A DNA stretch of 64,000 nucleotides, taken from the NCBI GenBank assembly GCA_017499595.2, contig CM039006.1:1860001-1924000 (forward strand), read 5' to 3'. The stretch's first letter is position 1. The number at the start of each line of letters is the position of its first letter. A program made the translations under genes and the position numbers. Below are positions 36,909 to 49,307 of the stretch, piece by piece. The notes below the pieces were generated by a model that saw only the letters and a program-made list of their open reading frames with translations, did no database searches and was not told where the DNA came from. The stretch is from Psilocybe cubensis. Taxonomy: Eukaryota.

Positions 36909-37787
36909 AATTGCAGCGATGTAACAAGTAGCTTATCGATGAGTATCTGTGTGATCTAGTCAAATCTCACGTCATACGGAGATAAAATAAGCTTCCGATC
37001 ATACTAAATGAATGATGTGATGTCATATTTTTCCCAATCAGGTAATCCCGCTTCATCGTCAGCCACGATGATCAAAGCATGCTGGTCGCTGTCACATACA
37101 TTGACCTCATGATTTTGCAATAGTTCCCTCTGCACTCAATCAATAAACATGAAATTTTGTAAACATTTAGCGCTTTATATAAAGATAATCTTACAAGGTT
37201 TTAAATTCTTGTTAGATGGCTGTAAAGATACAGAAACACAAAATTCAAATTCACGTCTTCTCACCCAAAACTTGTGAAACCCAAAACGGCAGTCATCTCA
37301 GAGACCATGAGAGGTATTCAAATGCATAATTTTTTTCAAAAAATATAATGATCCCAGTGAGCTCATTTTGACACATTTTCTAGTATATTGAGAATATCTC
37401 CTTAAATACGAGGATTCACATTCTACAAAAAATGTCATTCGGTAGCTATTAAAAATATCTTTCATATGATATACGCCGGAGGAATGAGGGGCCAGCCAGT
37501 GAAAAGATATTTCAAAAACACTCCAAAGTGTGGTTCTGAAAGGGTCGTTCTGCATCATATTGTACATTTATGATGGGATCACGTCCATTTTGTGCATCTC
37601 TGGATTAAGTTTTGTTCATAACATTTCACTCACTCATCCAAATATGCTGCAAGATAGATCATATGAAAGCTATTTTTCTCCTCTTTAAAACGGCATAATT
37701 GAGGGAAATTTATCTACAGAAATAAACATGTTATACTACATTTAGATCTGCGCTCACAGGCTGTCAGACTCTTTGTTTCCAACATCC

Positions 37788-40700
37788 ATGGGCTTCAAGA
37801 AAGTACCTGATAGGGGATCGGATGAGGAGTTTCCCAATGTTCGGGAGGCCTCCTGGTCTAGTGGGGCCAAGAAACGAAAGAGAGGGCGGCCGAGGATCCA
37901 CAAACTTCCTGCAGAATCATCATCAACAAACCTCCCTCAAACAACGACTTACTCTTTCCAAAACCATGAACACAACATTCTGGAAGAAGAAATACCTCAT
38001 TATCCGGGAGATCTAACTGATCAGCAGGTACTTGATAACCTGAGACAGCTAGATGACGACAGAACGGGAGGAAAGGTATGTTTTAACATGTTTTCAGTAG
38101 AATGATCAGGATGACTTTACCTATCCAGTCTCAAAATGATTACCTGAGGGAATGGCTCCCGAAACGAGAGGTGTATCTTGGAACAATGATTGGAGGAGAA
38201 GCCCCGGATCCGGATCTGAATGGACGGTGTCAGCAATGTCAAGGAATGTCTGGAGTGTGGAGATGTTGCCAATGCTTTGGCTCTAGAATTTTGTGTTCTG
38301 AATGCCTGCGAAGAAACCATCAATTTACACCTTTCCACCGCGTTGAGAAGTGGACGGGTCTATATTTCCGTCCGGGAGCTCTGTGGGAAGTGGGTGTCAA
38401 GTTGTATTTGGGTCATAATGGGAAGCGGTGTCCTTATCCCACGGATCCGAGCCATCTAGGATGCGACGGCGGAAACAATTCATCCGGGAGTCATGGGCAC
38501 GGCGGAAACAATTCGCCCATCTTTGAGGATGAACACGGATTGGACCTGGATCCGCTTCCTGCGAGCAATGACCAAGAATCCTTTACGGCTCAGCTTCTGG
38601 CGGACCCGGAGGTACCCCATTTGGTTGAGCTGGACGATGGAGACGATGAAGACGATGATCTATTCGAGGAAGTCGATACAACCTATCTGGACCAACCTCG
38701 TCCAAAGGCAGCAGACAACAATGGAATTCCTTTCAAGGCAATTGTGCACACCTCCGGAGTCCATTATCTGCCCGTGCGAACATGCACATGCCGGTCCGTC
38801 CGCCTTCCGTCTATCGATTTACAGTATCTGGAGATGGGATTATTTGCAGCCAGCTTTGAAAACGTTCAAACTGTGTTCACAGTTGAGGTCCTTGAGGACT
38901 TTCGGATGGACAACCTCGAGTGCAAAACGTCGGCTTATCAGTATTACCAAAAGTTGCGAAGACTGACTTCGCCAGCGTTTCCAAAAAAGGTGCTGAACCG
39001 CTATCGTGAATTGAGAAGGCTTAGTAGAGAATACAGGGACCTTGTCCTGAGACGACAATACGGAGAAGGGCATACAAGAGAAGCGGTGGTCCCTTACTAT
39101 CATCATTGCCATGATTCATCACCAGAGAGGATGGGTATTAATGTATCTGATCCAATTGACGGCGGATCTGATAGTCCGTCTCAAGAAGTCGGAACGTCAA
39201 CGGACCCGTCTCTGGGACACGGCGGATTAGATGGTCCGCCTGCACCACAAATGACGCGGACCGAGGATCATCCCAAAGTTGAAGATAGGAGAGGGAAGTT
39301 GGCCTTATTCTGCCCCGCCTGTCCACAGCCTGGAATAAACCTACCTGATACCTGGATTGATGATGCTGACAGGCAAGTTTTAGTTATTCTTCAAGGGTGA
39401 CTGCAATTAACAGCAAATAGCAATCTGTACATACGTAGTTATGTTGCAGATGGTAATTTCAAAGCAGATCACCTCAATCAGAAAAACGAGGGAGACGATG
39501 TTTGGTTGAGCGTTGGAGAAGGATACATGACTGCTCCGGGCCCATACAAGGAGCACATCAAGGAAGCAATTTCTCTTGCTCCACGTTATAAACGGGTGCG
39601 TTATCTACCATGATTTATCTTTCACGGCGGATGCTTACGTTCCGTGTCACAATCTTCCACGGCGGATGCTTCCCTTCCGTGTCAAAAAAATCTTCCACGG
39701 CGGATGGCTTATCCTCCGTGTAAAAAAATATCAGGAACAAACATGTCATAACTACCACGCCCAGAAAGCTGAAAACAGAGTCAGCCCGGGTAAGAGAGTA
39801 CGTGGAATTGGGGCACACGCTTGCGCTAGGCACGGATGCTTCTGTCCATCCAGCGTTGTCGATTTTGACAAAGGCGAAAAGCAGATGCACATGGATTGGT
39901 CTTTGACTCAGGCCAGGGAAACTACCAACACACAGGGAATCACAAAACATTTGGAAATCTACGATATAAACTGTCAATATTGCGTTAACTTGGCAAGGCG
40001 TCTCTCAGAGTCCACAAAAATGCATTGGCCACCTTCTGTTAAAATGATTTTTGCAATTGGTTTATTTCACGTCCACGGGCACAAGACGGAATGTCTTTAC
40101 AACTACGCATCCACCTATGTCCCGGGTGTGGGAATCATTGACGGAGAAATCCTGGAGCCGTTGTGGTCCGTGTTAAATGACACATCCCGGAGTACACGTT
40201 CCGCTACCACTGCCCATCGAGCAGAGGTTTTGGACGACCACATGGGGGATTCCAACTGGAAGAAGACCATTAATATGGCTGCAACAATTGCTGCAAAGTT
40301 CAAACGGGCACGGGAACAGTCCGGAATCACAGACCGATTTTATAGGGGTATCACGGATCAACAAGATTCCGGGCTCATCAACACTTGGGAAGATGAAATT
40401 TCAAAAGCAGAAGCGGACCGAGAACAAGGTGTGGCCGACGCTGTTGGCAAGGTAATGGCAAGCAAAGTGAAAACGGCCGCTGGACGCCAAGAAATTGAAT
40501 TGCATCTTTCAAATATGGAACTTACATCTAATGGTGCTACTGGAAAGGCAGCATGGATATCATCCGGCTTAAAACTGGAGCAAGCGCAGTACGATTATTT
40601 CAATTGCATCCTACAGAATTTAACATGCTTTTAGATTGGAGCTCAGGGACCATGTCAGAAAGCTCGGAAAGCATCCTTCCACCGCGCAGAAACTTGACTT

Positions 40701-41710
40701 GGTCAATAAACGTCGCTCCATGCGGACCCGCGTTGAAGCCTTCTGTCGATCCGCTATGACCTTCATGGGCGAAGATGTCTTGGAGGATATTCAAGGGGAC
40801 ATCGCTCCCATACTTGACTATGAAGTCAGTGACAACGACGATCCTGATCTTGGAAATGTCAACATTACCCGCGCGGATCCGGAACGACAGCCGCTTCCGT
40901 TTCCCTCCGCCGTCAAACAAGATTTCTTTGACGGCCTTGACGCGGGAACAAACCTCATTTTAAAAGGGCTTCGCAAACTTGAACTTCAAATAAGACATGG
41001 CCACGCAGAGGACTGTCTGGAAGCGGTCCGGTCAGCCTTGATCCAGCTTTCTTGGCAGTATAAATATCAGGTTCGGACCGCCGACTCCGTCTATATGGGG
41101 ACTCGTGCTTGGGATGGCGTCAAGCTTTTGAATGCTTCCTGGAAATTGCACCGGCGACTCTACAACACAAACCGTCAGAAGATGATCTATTTATCTGCTG
41201 GCGTGCGAGACGAGGATAATATTCGGAAACAATATCCCATTCTGCAAGTCCATGATTGCAAGCATAGTAATGCCGTGTCGGATCCGAACATTCGCGGAGG
41301 AAGCTCGGACCGTCTAAGTTGGATTTGGAGATCCCGTCAGGGCCTGGACAATGATAATCAATTATACGTTAATGAGTGTGAGTACTGCTATTTGTATTTC
41401 TAATTTTTTTCTCAAGGGCTTCTTAGTCTTTAGGCTAAACTGGCTCCGCGCGCGAGCTCAGAGGAATAGATGGCAAGAGGAGCTGGCCTTGACAAAAAAG
41501 GAAATGGAATGGACTGTCAGATTTTATGTGTATATGGCAAAGACATGGCGTGCACGGCATGATTTTGTTCCTGACAGGTTAGTTGGTCACAGGGCAAATG
41601 CTCAAAAGCAGATTGCCATGTGGAATGATCTGGGGCGGGCCGCGGATAAGGTCTTCCGTCAAATTAACCCAGAGTATCCGTCCGTGTGGAGATTTATAAT
41701 TACAGATTAA
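37788..41710 (+). CDS. KDZ-2 CxC2-KDZ transposase, apparently intact
   Basis: Exons join in frame, including a GC-AG intron at 39373-39420 that brings DGNFK into frame and an intron at 39596-39734; YDINCQY, HVHGH, GEILE. Confidence 0.93.
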
Positions 41711-41754
41711 CCAGTTCTTTGAACATTCTTGTTGTATCCCATCTCGTTGAATTC

Positions 41755-43379
41755 ATGCACTTACCGCGGCTTTTTAAACCTCCTGTCGAGGACGAACATC
41801 ATCTCCTTACCTATGATGAGCGACGTGCTCTGGCCAAAGTTCATGTCCATGTTTGTGGTGCACGGATCCGTGCCGGATACCGTTTGTTCATTGCAAACGG
41901 AGACTCTGTTTCCTCCGTGCGTCGCCAAAAATGGATGTATTTGCTCGACCTGGAGGTGGTAAGACAGTAATTTTGAACGATTATATCTTGTATTGAGAAC
42001 TGGTCGTCAGGCTATACTGCTGAGAGTACTCGGATACTGCTATGTCAATGGATTCCAAGTCGATATTCCATTTTTTATATCAGAAATTCTCAATCAGAGC
42101 GTACATGCCGTTTTGAACCGAACTCCCCACCATCGAGCTGTTCTATTTGAATCTCTAAATCAAAGCTGGTCAGCATGGGAAGATGATGAAATTTTAAATC
42201 AGACCAAGAGCTGGGGATATTGGTGGAGGGACGGATTTGCTGAAGGCGATGAGTGGCAAGTTGCCTTTGTTACCGTTGAATCGCAAGCAAGAGAATTTTG
42301 GAACAAGGTATGTTTTTTTATTGCTGTGGATTATATCTGATTTGCGTCCTTCCCACCAGGTGGTTCTGCCTGAATACCAACAAGAGGTACTCCGGCTAAA
42401 TAATCAGAGGAAAGAAGCTAAGGAGGGCGCAAGTTCATCTACCTCTGGGCCTCCAAGAAATCAGGAAAACAATCCCAAGGGCAAGGGAAAGGCGGCTGAA
42501 CGGACATCCGTCCCCACCTCGGGGAAGCACGGATCCGCGTTGACGGGAAAGCACGGCTCCGCGTTTTCACCGCCCACGGGGAAACCCAATCCGCCGACCC
42601 GTGTTGCAAACACGCGGGATGAAACATCCCCAATTGCAATTTCTGACCACAGACCGCCCTACTGTCCCCGCTGCGGTCAGCCTATCCTAACGGGCGTAAT
42701 GAGGGAGTTGGCTCACCTGCGCCGGAATGTGGCGGACAAAATGAAAAATGCCCATAAAGCAGTGACTACTTCTTCGGCCGCCTTGGGCAGATATTCTGTA
42801 TTGGAGAAGATGTGGATTGACTCTAAGGAGCACCCGTTCTCTAACGGCAAGGGGCTTTCAGCCAAATACAAATTTCAGCATCCCGTTCACCCTTCTCCTG
42901 ACAGTTGGGGCGCTATAACGGCTCAAGCCCGGTCCTTCGAGGTCTCAAAGCTCAAAGTCGCTTCATTTTACATCAACGACATTTTTTATTCTTTTATTGC
43001 CGTCAAGGAACTACCTTTTCATCCACTCTGGTATCATTCGCCACCCTCCAACACTGCAAATATTCATCTCCCAACAGATACTCTGCCTACTCCCGGTTCC
43101 GTCAGCCCTCCGTCAAATGCACACACCAGCAATGCCTTCCTTTTTAACGCAAGGTCAAGACCTGTTTTCCCGGGAGAAGAGGATGATATTGATAGTACGT
43201 CCAATACCACTGAATCCTCTACACCAGCTACGTTTTTAGAGCATCTCGCACAGGACTTTGAAGAGGAGGCGGATGTGGAGTCTTCCGCCGGTGATACGAC
43301 GGAGGAGTCAGATGCTTCCGGTAACTCGGAAGAGCTTAGCGAGGACGTGTCGGAAACACCCTGGGATGAGGAATCTTAG
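41755..43379 (+). CDS. KDZ-2 cargo protein of unknown function
   Basis: Mirror of 11258-12882. Confidence 0.65.
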
Positions 43380-43606
43380 TTGCCCACCTCTCGCACAGGA
43401 CATCGAAGAGGAGGCGGATGATGCCTTTTCCGCCGGTAATACGACGGCGGAGTCCGATGATTCCGGTAACCTTGGAAGAGCTCAGCGCGGGCGCGTCGGA
43501 AACACCCTGGGACAGAGAATTCTGGTTGTTCTGTAGCTTTCGTACCGTTTTGTTTTGGAAATATAAAAAAATCTTCCCCAAACCCAACTTCCAAGTCAAA
43601 AACTGA

Positions 43607-44886
43607 TCATATTTCAAAATCAAAAGTGTTGGTGGCCGGTAAATTTGCAAAAAGATCGTACGTAGTAGACCATCCCGCCTCTTGGACTCCCAGCTCTTTA
43701 AATACATTCCTACGCATGTAATAGACTATGACTGCCCTATCTCCCTCGCACACCGCGCCGTGTTGAAGCAACCTGCCAGTAATTGCAACAAGGGTCATGG
43801 GATCATACTTGTACCGAAGTCCAAGGCCAGGAAGCTCAAGCCGTCCGTGTTCACCCTTCCCAAGTGGCATCAAAAAATCGTACCATGAGTAGCATGACCC
43901 ATTATCCCGATGGTACGGTGTATCTCGGTTGCTGATGGCGGTCATGACTCCAAAGGGCGAACTCCATATTGTGAGAATTTGCTTCAATATTTCGGCCTTA
44001 TGGACGAACTCCGGTTCCGCAGCAAGCCGTTGAAGAAATTTTATTCCCGCCCGGTACTGCTCGGGGTGTATAATGCTCAAGATGGCTCCCAGCAAAGCCG
44101 AAGATGTCATCATGTCTCGTATAAACTCCTGTCCAATAGGATTACACAAGTCCAAGGAGACCTCAAGCGGGTTGGACGTCTGAGGAAAATATGAGGCAGT
44201 ATAATACTTAGCAAACAAGTTTCTCACCTCATGGCCTTGCTGAAACCATGCCGGGGAAAAGTTAAGATTTCCAGGTTGAAGCCAACCTGGCTCATGTCGA
44301 AAGTAACTGTCATTGACCCTCCAGCTTGTGGCCAAAGGTGCCGCCTTGTGAATCATTGTTTCAATATCCCGTAATGAATTCCACACACTCTCCTGTTACT
44401 CTTTAGAACGCATAATATAGGAATTAATCGGTCCGTTTCTAAAACTCACCACCCTTGTCTCTGACAAAATACCTGGCAGGTACCACACCAATATGTTGCC
44501 TGCACTATCGATTACAGTTCCGGGCAGGGTTTGGTACTGTAACGTGGAATGCACCGGAGGAAACTGGTCTTTCAGGCGAGCCTCAACGGCAGAATTCTGA
44601 CCCGTGCAACGTGCGCTGAGATGGGTCAAATATTCTTCTGCATCCCACGTCGTATATTCTGCCATTCACACATTATTTAATCTCAATTTTCAAAGCTTAT
44701 TGATTGCATACCTTGATTTTCAAATGCCTGCAAAATCACCTCCACAGCTAGATTGCACTCAAACATGGTCTCAGCACTGAAGTTTTCCCGGATTTGATTA
44801 GGCAGTTCTGCATGCCAAAGACGACTAGCTATCTTTGCCTTCATGTAGTTTGAGAGGGATTGGGTTAGCTCAAAGGCATAATCCAT
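43607..44886 (-). CDS. KDZ-2 TET/JBP-like dioxygenase
   Basis: Mirror of 9751-11030; ORF translations are identical. Confidence 0.85.
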
Positions 44887-45011
44887 ACTATCAGGGTATG
44901 TGGAAAGAAATTTGCTGCCAGTATAATCTATACACCTTATTACATATATTAACGGTCATCCAATGTACGATTCAAGGCGGATATTTGTCGGAATACAGAA
45001 GCGGATGGATG

Positions 45012-45329
45012 AATGGGTCCGTCTGACAGCACAACACGGGTCAAGCGGATCCGTCTGCTTGCAATACACGGGATGCAAATGGACCCGTCCGGCTCATTTC
45101 CGGCCCGTGTTTCTTCCGTGTAGGTAGACGCGCGGATCCCGCAGGCCACCCGGCGGCTCCATTTAGCGCTAAATGGCACGTCATGTACGCTATGATTTGC
45201 CAGGCTAAATCACACGTACATCACGCTAATCTCCTAATTAGGTAGCGGAAGTAAATCCACCGTGTCTCACGTAATATCCTTATTATTAAATCTTAGGTAA
45301 TGTACGTTATAAATAAACTGTCTTATGTG
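45012..45329 (-). repeat. KDZ-2 right TIR
   Basis: Reverse complement of 9308-9625. Confidence 0.95.
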
Positions 45330-47192
45330 TTTCTTCCCCTTCTCGAGTTAACCCCGGGCATCTTGGCCTTGGGGGGGTCCAACGCTCCAGGTACCGTCTG
45401 CGGTGACGGCAAGGCCCTCTACAAACACTTATTACCATCCAGTTCTTCCTGGATTTGCACGTTGAAGATCGAAGTTTGTGATTGGTTATAAACTATATGT
45501 AATCCAACAAACACAAACCCCAGGGAAAGAGTGGTCCAGACTGGATAGGACGAAACCTTCTCCTAAGTTTCTTAAGGGAGGACGCTGCCTAGGATTTAAG
45601 TAGATTAGGATGGTGTGGATTGTGAAGGGTAACGAAAGCGAAATAGTAAGATGAGGATAACCGGGTCGTCTGGGTACGATAGTAAATAAGCCTTCCGAAA
45701 ATGGGATGGAACCGTGGAATTGGATGGCGGGTGTATATGGAAAGCGTGAAGAAGATGCGTAGAATGCGTATGAGAAATCAATAAATGTGAATCTTAGAGG
45801 GGTTGTCTGAAGTGAGTGGGGAACGTTCCGAGGGGAGATAAGAAGATGACTAGGAGTCGGAATGTCGTTAACGGGCTGAATCTTGAAGAATGGTGAAAGT
45901 GTCTTTAAATTGACAATCTTTCTGAAGCTTGGAATGAAGCTATACGTCGCAGGAGTATTGACTGAATCGAGGATGAAAGACTAAGTCTGTCTCGAATGAA
46001 ATCGCTCCAGATGAGTTGACGGAGGGAAAGGATGTCTTGAATACACTCCTAACGGCGATGGTTGGAAGATGTAGAAAGAGTAGGAGCGGTGACGGAGTGA
46101 ATGGAGGAGAGGAAGTAGGGAAGTACTGGAGGTCTGGATAGAAGTTGGATATTCAACGCTGAGAAGAAGAGGCGTTGGATGAGGAGGATGACTGGTCTTG
46201 GATGAAATCCTCTCTTAATGGAAAGCGAGATGACTTCGGATGAATGGAAGTAAACTTGGTCTCGACGGAGGGTGGAACTGATGACTGAATTGGACTTGGG
46301 TTTGGGCTTGGCTTGAACTTGAGCTTGGAATTGAAATGAATCGATGTGGATTGACTTGAAATTGACTTGACTTGGATGAAAATTGACTTGCTTTGAAGAA
46401 AGTGGGGACTGGGTGTAACTTTCCTGTCATTTCGTGTAATTCTACTACAGCTTTTATACTAAAAGCTACGTGAACGAAATACCAATCTAAGCTACTGAAA
46501 ACCGAGTCATATACTGTACAAAGTGTCAAGAATGAGGCTACGCAAGTGTAACAATAAGCAAGAACAATAAGACATGTCAATATCGACACGACGACAGATA
46601 AGAAATGAATAGGATGAGTAAGAAAGAAGTGTATGACGAAGGTGAATGGTAATACAGATTAGATAAAAGAAGCAAGGATGAGTCAGAAAGCATAGAAGAT
46701 TGGTAAGACAAAGACAATAAAAGCGCAACAGACAATAGAAAAGATATAAATAAACACAAAAGGATGAGTAAGACAAACCAAAAATAAGTTGGAATGAGTA
46801 ATCCGCAGCCTGACGCTGAGTAAGACCATTGAATTGATAAAAATAGAGTTGACAGTCCGGCTGTGCAAGGCAGTGTAGAAAGCTATGCAGTTTGATGGTT
46901 GACTGATCCGTCGCATAGCCTTGATGATCTGATGAAGTGACATGATCCGGAATAACGTGGCTCCCATGTGACAAGTGTTGATAAGATAAGATGTGTGGAT
47001 GACTTATGGAAAGAATGACTGCTTGGGTTGAGGGCGTCGTGTGTAGATCCAAAATGAACATCTCATCTCCAATCAGGATTGGGGTATGATATCCGTCCCA
47101 AACTTGAGAAATCAACCGTCCCCGGTTGCGGAAGGAAGGGGGGGATAGATTAGAAATCGTCCATATCGTCGCTCCATGTGTCTTCATCTTCC

Positions 47193-48264
47193 TCACTCTC
47201 GTGTCCAAGTTCGTTCTCTGATCATCCGGTCTAGCTGAGGTCGAGGAATGACTGAACCGTCTTGTGGAAAATAGCGAAGAAGTCGGAAAGCAGCTACGCC
47301 TTGAGCCAGTTGCGTACCATTAAGTTCTCTAAGCACATATGATCCTCCTCGTGTCTGTCGTACAACTTCATAAGGTCCAAGGTATTGTGGCTTGTGCTTG
47401 CGATTCATCTCCTTCTCGACTTGACTGTTCCTAACGAGGACTAGATCACCAAACTTGAAGCTTTCTTGTCGAAGACGTCGAGCAAATCGTCGTTCAAAAG
47501 TAGCTTTGGATTGAAGTCGTGATTGTTTCAGAACGTCGGCTATGTTGGCTAAGTCTTCATCTTGTTTCATGAGTTGTCGAACACGGAGAGCTAGGAGATC
47601 TTCGGAACTCATTCCTTGTCGGAATCCATCAACTAGAAATGTGGCTTCAAGGAGATCGAATGGAAGAACAGGATGAACACCATGCATGACGTAGAAAGGG
47701 GAATGTCCAGTAGAGCGTCGAGTAATGCATTTGTCGGAGAAGAGTGTGTGATGAACGCACTGTGGCCAGTCTAGAGGTCGGTCGCCGCAAGCTTTGAGAA
47801 TGGATTCACGGAAGTCAATGTGACCACGTTCAATAGATCCATTGGCTTTAGAGTTGTAAGGAGAAATGCGAACTTGAGGAATGCCGTACTTTTCCATCAA
47901 AAGACTGAAAGCGCCAGAGACTTCTACTCCATTGTCCGTGCGTACAATAGCAATAGCACCATATCGGCATATGACTTCTTCCCAAAAGAAAGTGGCCAGC
48001 TCTTCGGAACGTAAAGACTTGAGGGCACGTCCTTCAGGTGCACGTGATAAGTCGTCTCGGGCTAGGACTACGTATCGGAAGCGTCCAGACTTGGGCATGT
48101 ACATGACGTCGACATTGATGATAGTGAAGATAGTTGGGGTAGCTGTGATAGTGATAGGAACTTCGCTTTTCTTGGTGGATCTGATCTGACATTCATGGCA
48201 AGTAGCGAGATGATGCTTGATATCCTGAAAAAGAAATGGCCAGAAAAACCGAATGCGAATAACT
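47193..48264 (-). CDS. Gypsy-A integrase (3' part of pol)
   Basis: RFFWP..CHEC, VRTDNG, NGSIERGH, YLGPYEV (GPY/F); continues in frame from 58180 across the CCAA TSD (GVYGVFG-VIRIRFFWP). Confidence 0.92.
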
Positions 48265-48268
48265 CCAA

Positions 48269-49067
48269 TGATAAGTAGCGCTGTGGCGTAGACCTGTAAA
48301 ACCAACACGAGTGACCTAAAAATAGACGACGGACCGAGCCCTGTAAGACAGATCAGGTGACCCGGTATGCCCGAAGACGCGTCAATAAAACGCCGTAAAA
48401 AGTTGACTCAAACAAGGCGGTGAAGCAGAGGATGACCCGACGGAGCTTGGAATAAGCAACGACGGTCACCCAGTCCGAACCGACCGGGAACATGAGAAAG
48501 AGACGCGCGAGCACGCCTTTGGAAGCATAACCGTGCTAAGAGGCACTCAGACACGGTCACCCAGCGGAACCAGCAAAAAGAAACGACTGTTCCGCGCTAC
48601 GCTATTAGGAAAAACGGATCAGCGAGAGAAGTACCAAGCCACGCAGACGTAACGCACGGACCAGTGGTAGGGAATATAAAAGCAAGGGAGCAGGGAGAGG
48701 GAAAGGTAAGCAACCCCCGTTGTATAGAACAGGCGGAAGTTTCGGGTCATACCCATTGTCGCACTAGTCGAACTTGCGTAATAAAAATTGAGTCATCAAG
48801 TTATAAGTTAAATTGAATTGTTTTGCGCGATCCATTGGGTCTTGATAGTTTGAGTCACTTGGGCTATTGTAAACACCTTGACCAGTTGACTTAGTATATT
48901 GAGATCTATTGCAACAATCATAACATAACTTGGACAACAATCTATAAAGATACACCCTAAAATCCTACGAACTAGCTCTTCCCAAATACTACATATTTGG
49001 TGAAGAATAAGACTTGTGTGGGTAAATAAGACAGAACTACAGTCTTACAAACCTACGCAACACTTCA
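48269..49067 (+). repeat. Gypsy-B left LTR (799 bp), inverted relative to the coding strand
   Basis: TGATAAG...CACTTCA; TATAAAA at 48675-48681; reverse complement of 57381-58179. Confidence 0.93.
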
Positions 49068-49069
49068 TC

Positions 49070-49090
49070 TGGAGCCCACCTCCCCCCCCA
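49070..49090. promoter_or_regulatory. Second PBS copy (TGGAGCCCACC, plus strand) fused to a PPT-like tract (TGGGGGGGGA, minus strand)
   Basis: 49070-49080 is the reverse complement of 57368-57378; 49081-49090 reads TCCCCCCCCA. Confidence 0.8.
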
Positions 49091-49307
49091 ACAATACATC
49101 TTGTCCAGGGCCTCAGGTCTGCGTCGTGCCCGACCCCGCGCTGTTTCTTTTCCACTTGCGCCTTCAATTCTGCCCCGAACACCGCCCTCGATCTCTGCAT
49201 GAGTCAGCGCTGCCTCATCTGCCAGTTTTTTCCTCCAAATCTCTATCCCGCTGGCTGAGTTAAAAAGGTGCGTCTTCGTGCCAATTGTTCATCACTACAA
49301 CTTTCTC

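Larger units (their letters stand above)
29617..45329. mobile_element. KDZ DNA transposon, copy 2 (15,713 bp), inverted relative to copy 1
   Basis: TIRs at 29617-29934 and 45012-45329; 7-bp TSD TTTCTTC (29610-29616 and 45330-45336). It is 72 bp longer than copy 1, equal to two extra 36-bp units. Confidence 0.95.

Noticed and set aside
29617-45329. Second KDZ copy as an assembly artefact or segmental inverted duplication
   Set aside because: It has its own TSD, ends exactly at the TIRs, and has distinct SNPs and a different minisatellite structure.
9308-45329. Ascomycete-type RIP
   Set aside because: Mutations are sparse and mostly at CpG rather than dense CpA>TpA, and the ORFs remain largely intact.
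46215-47208. Hydrophobic ORFs (124 and 233 aa) as an env-like gene
   Set aside because: They fall in T-rich presumed LTR/3' UTR sequence and base composition explains the F/L/S/C bias; no signal peptide-ectodomain-TM layout.
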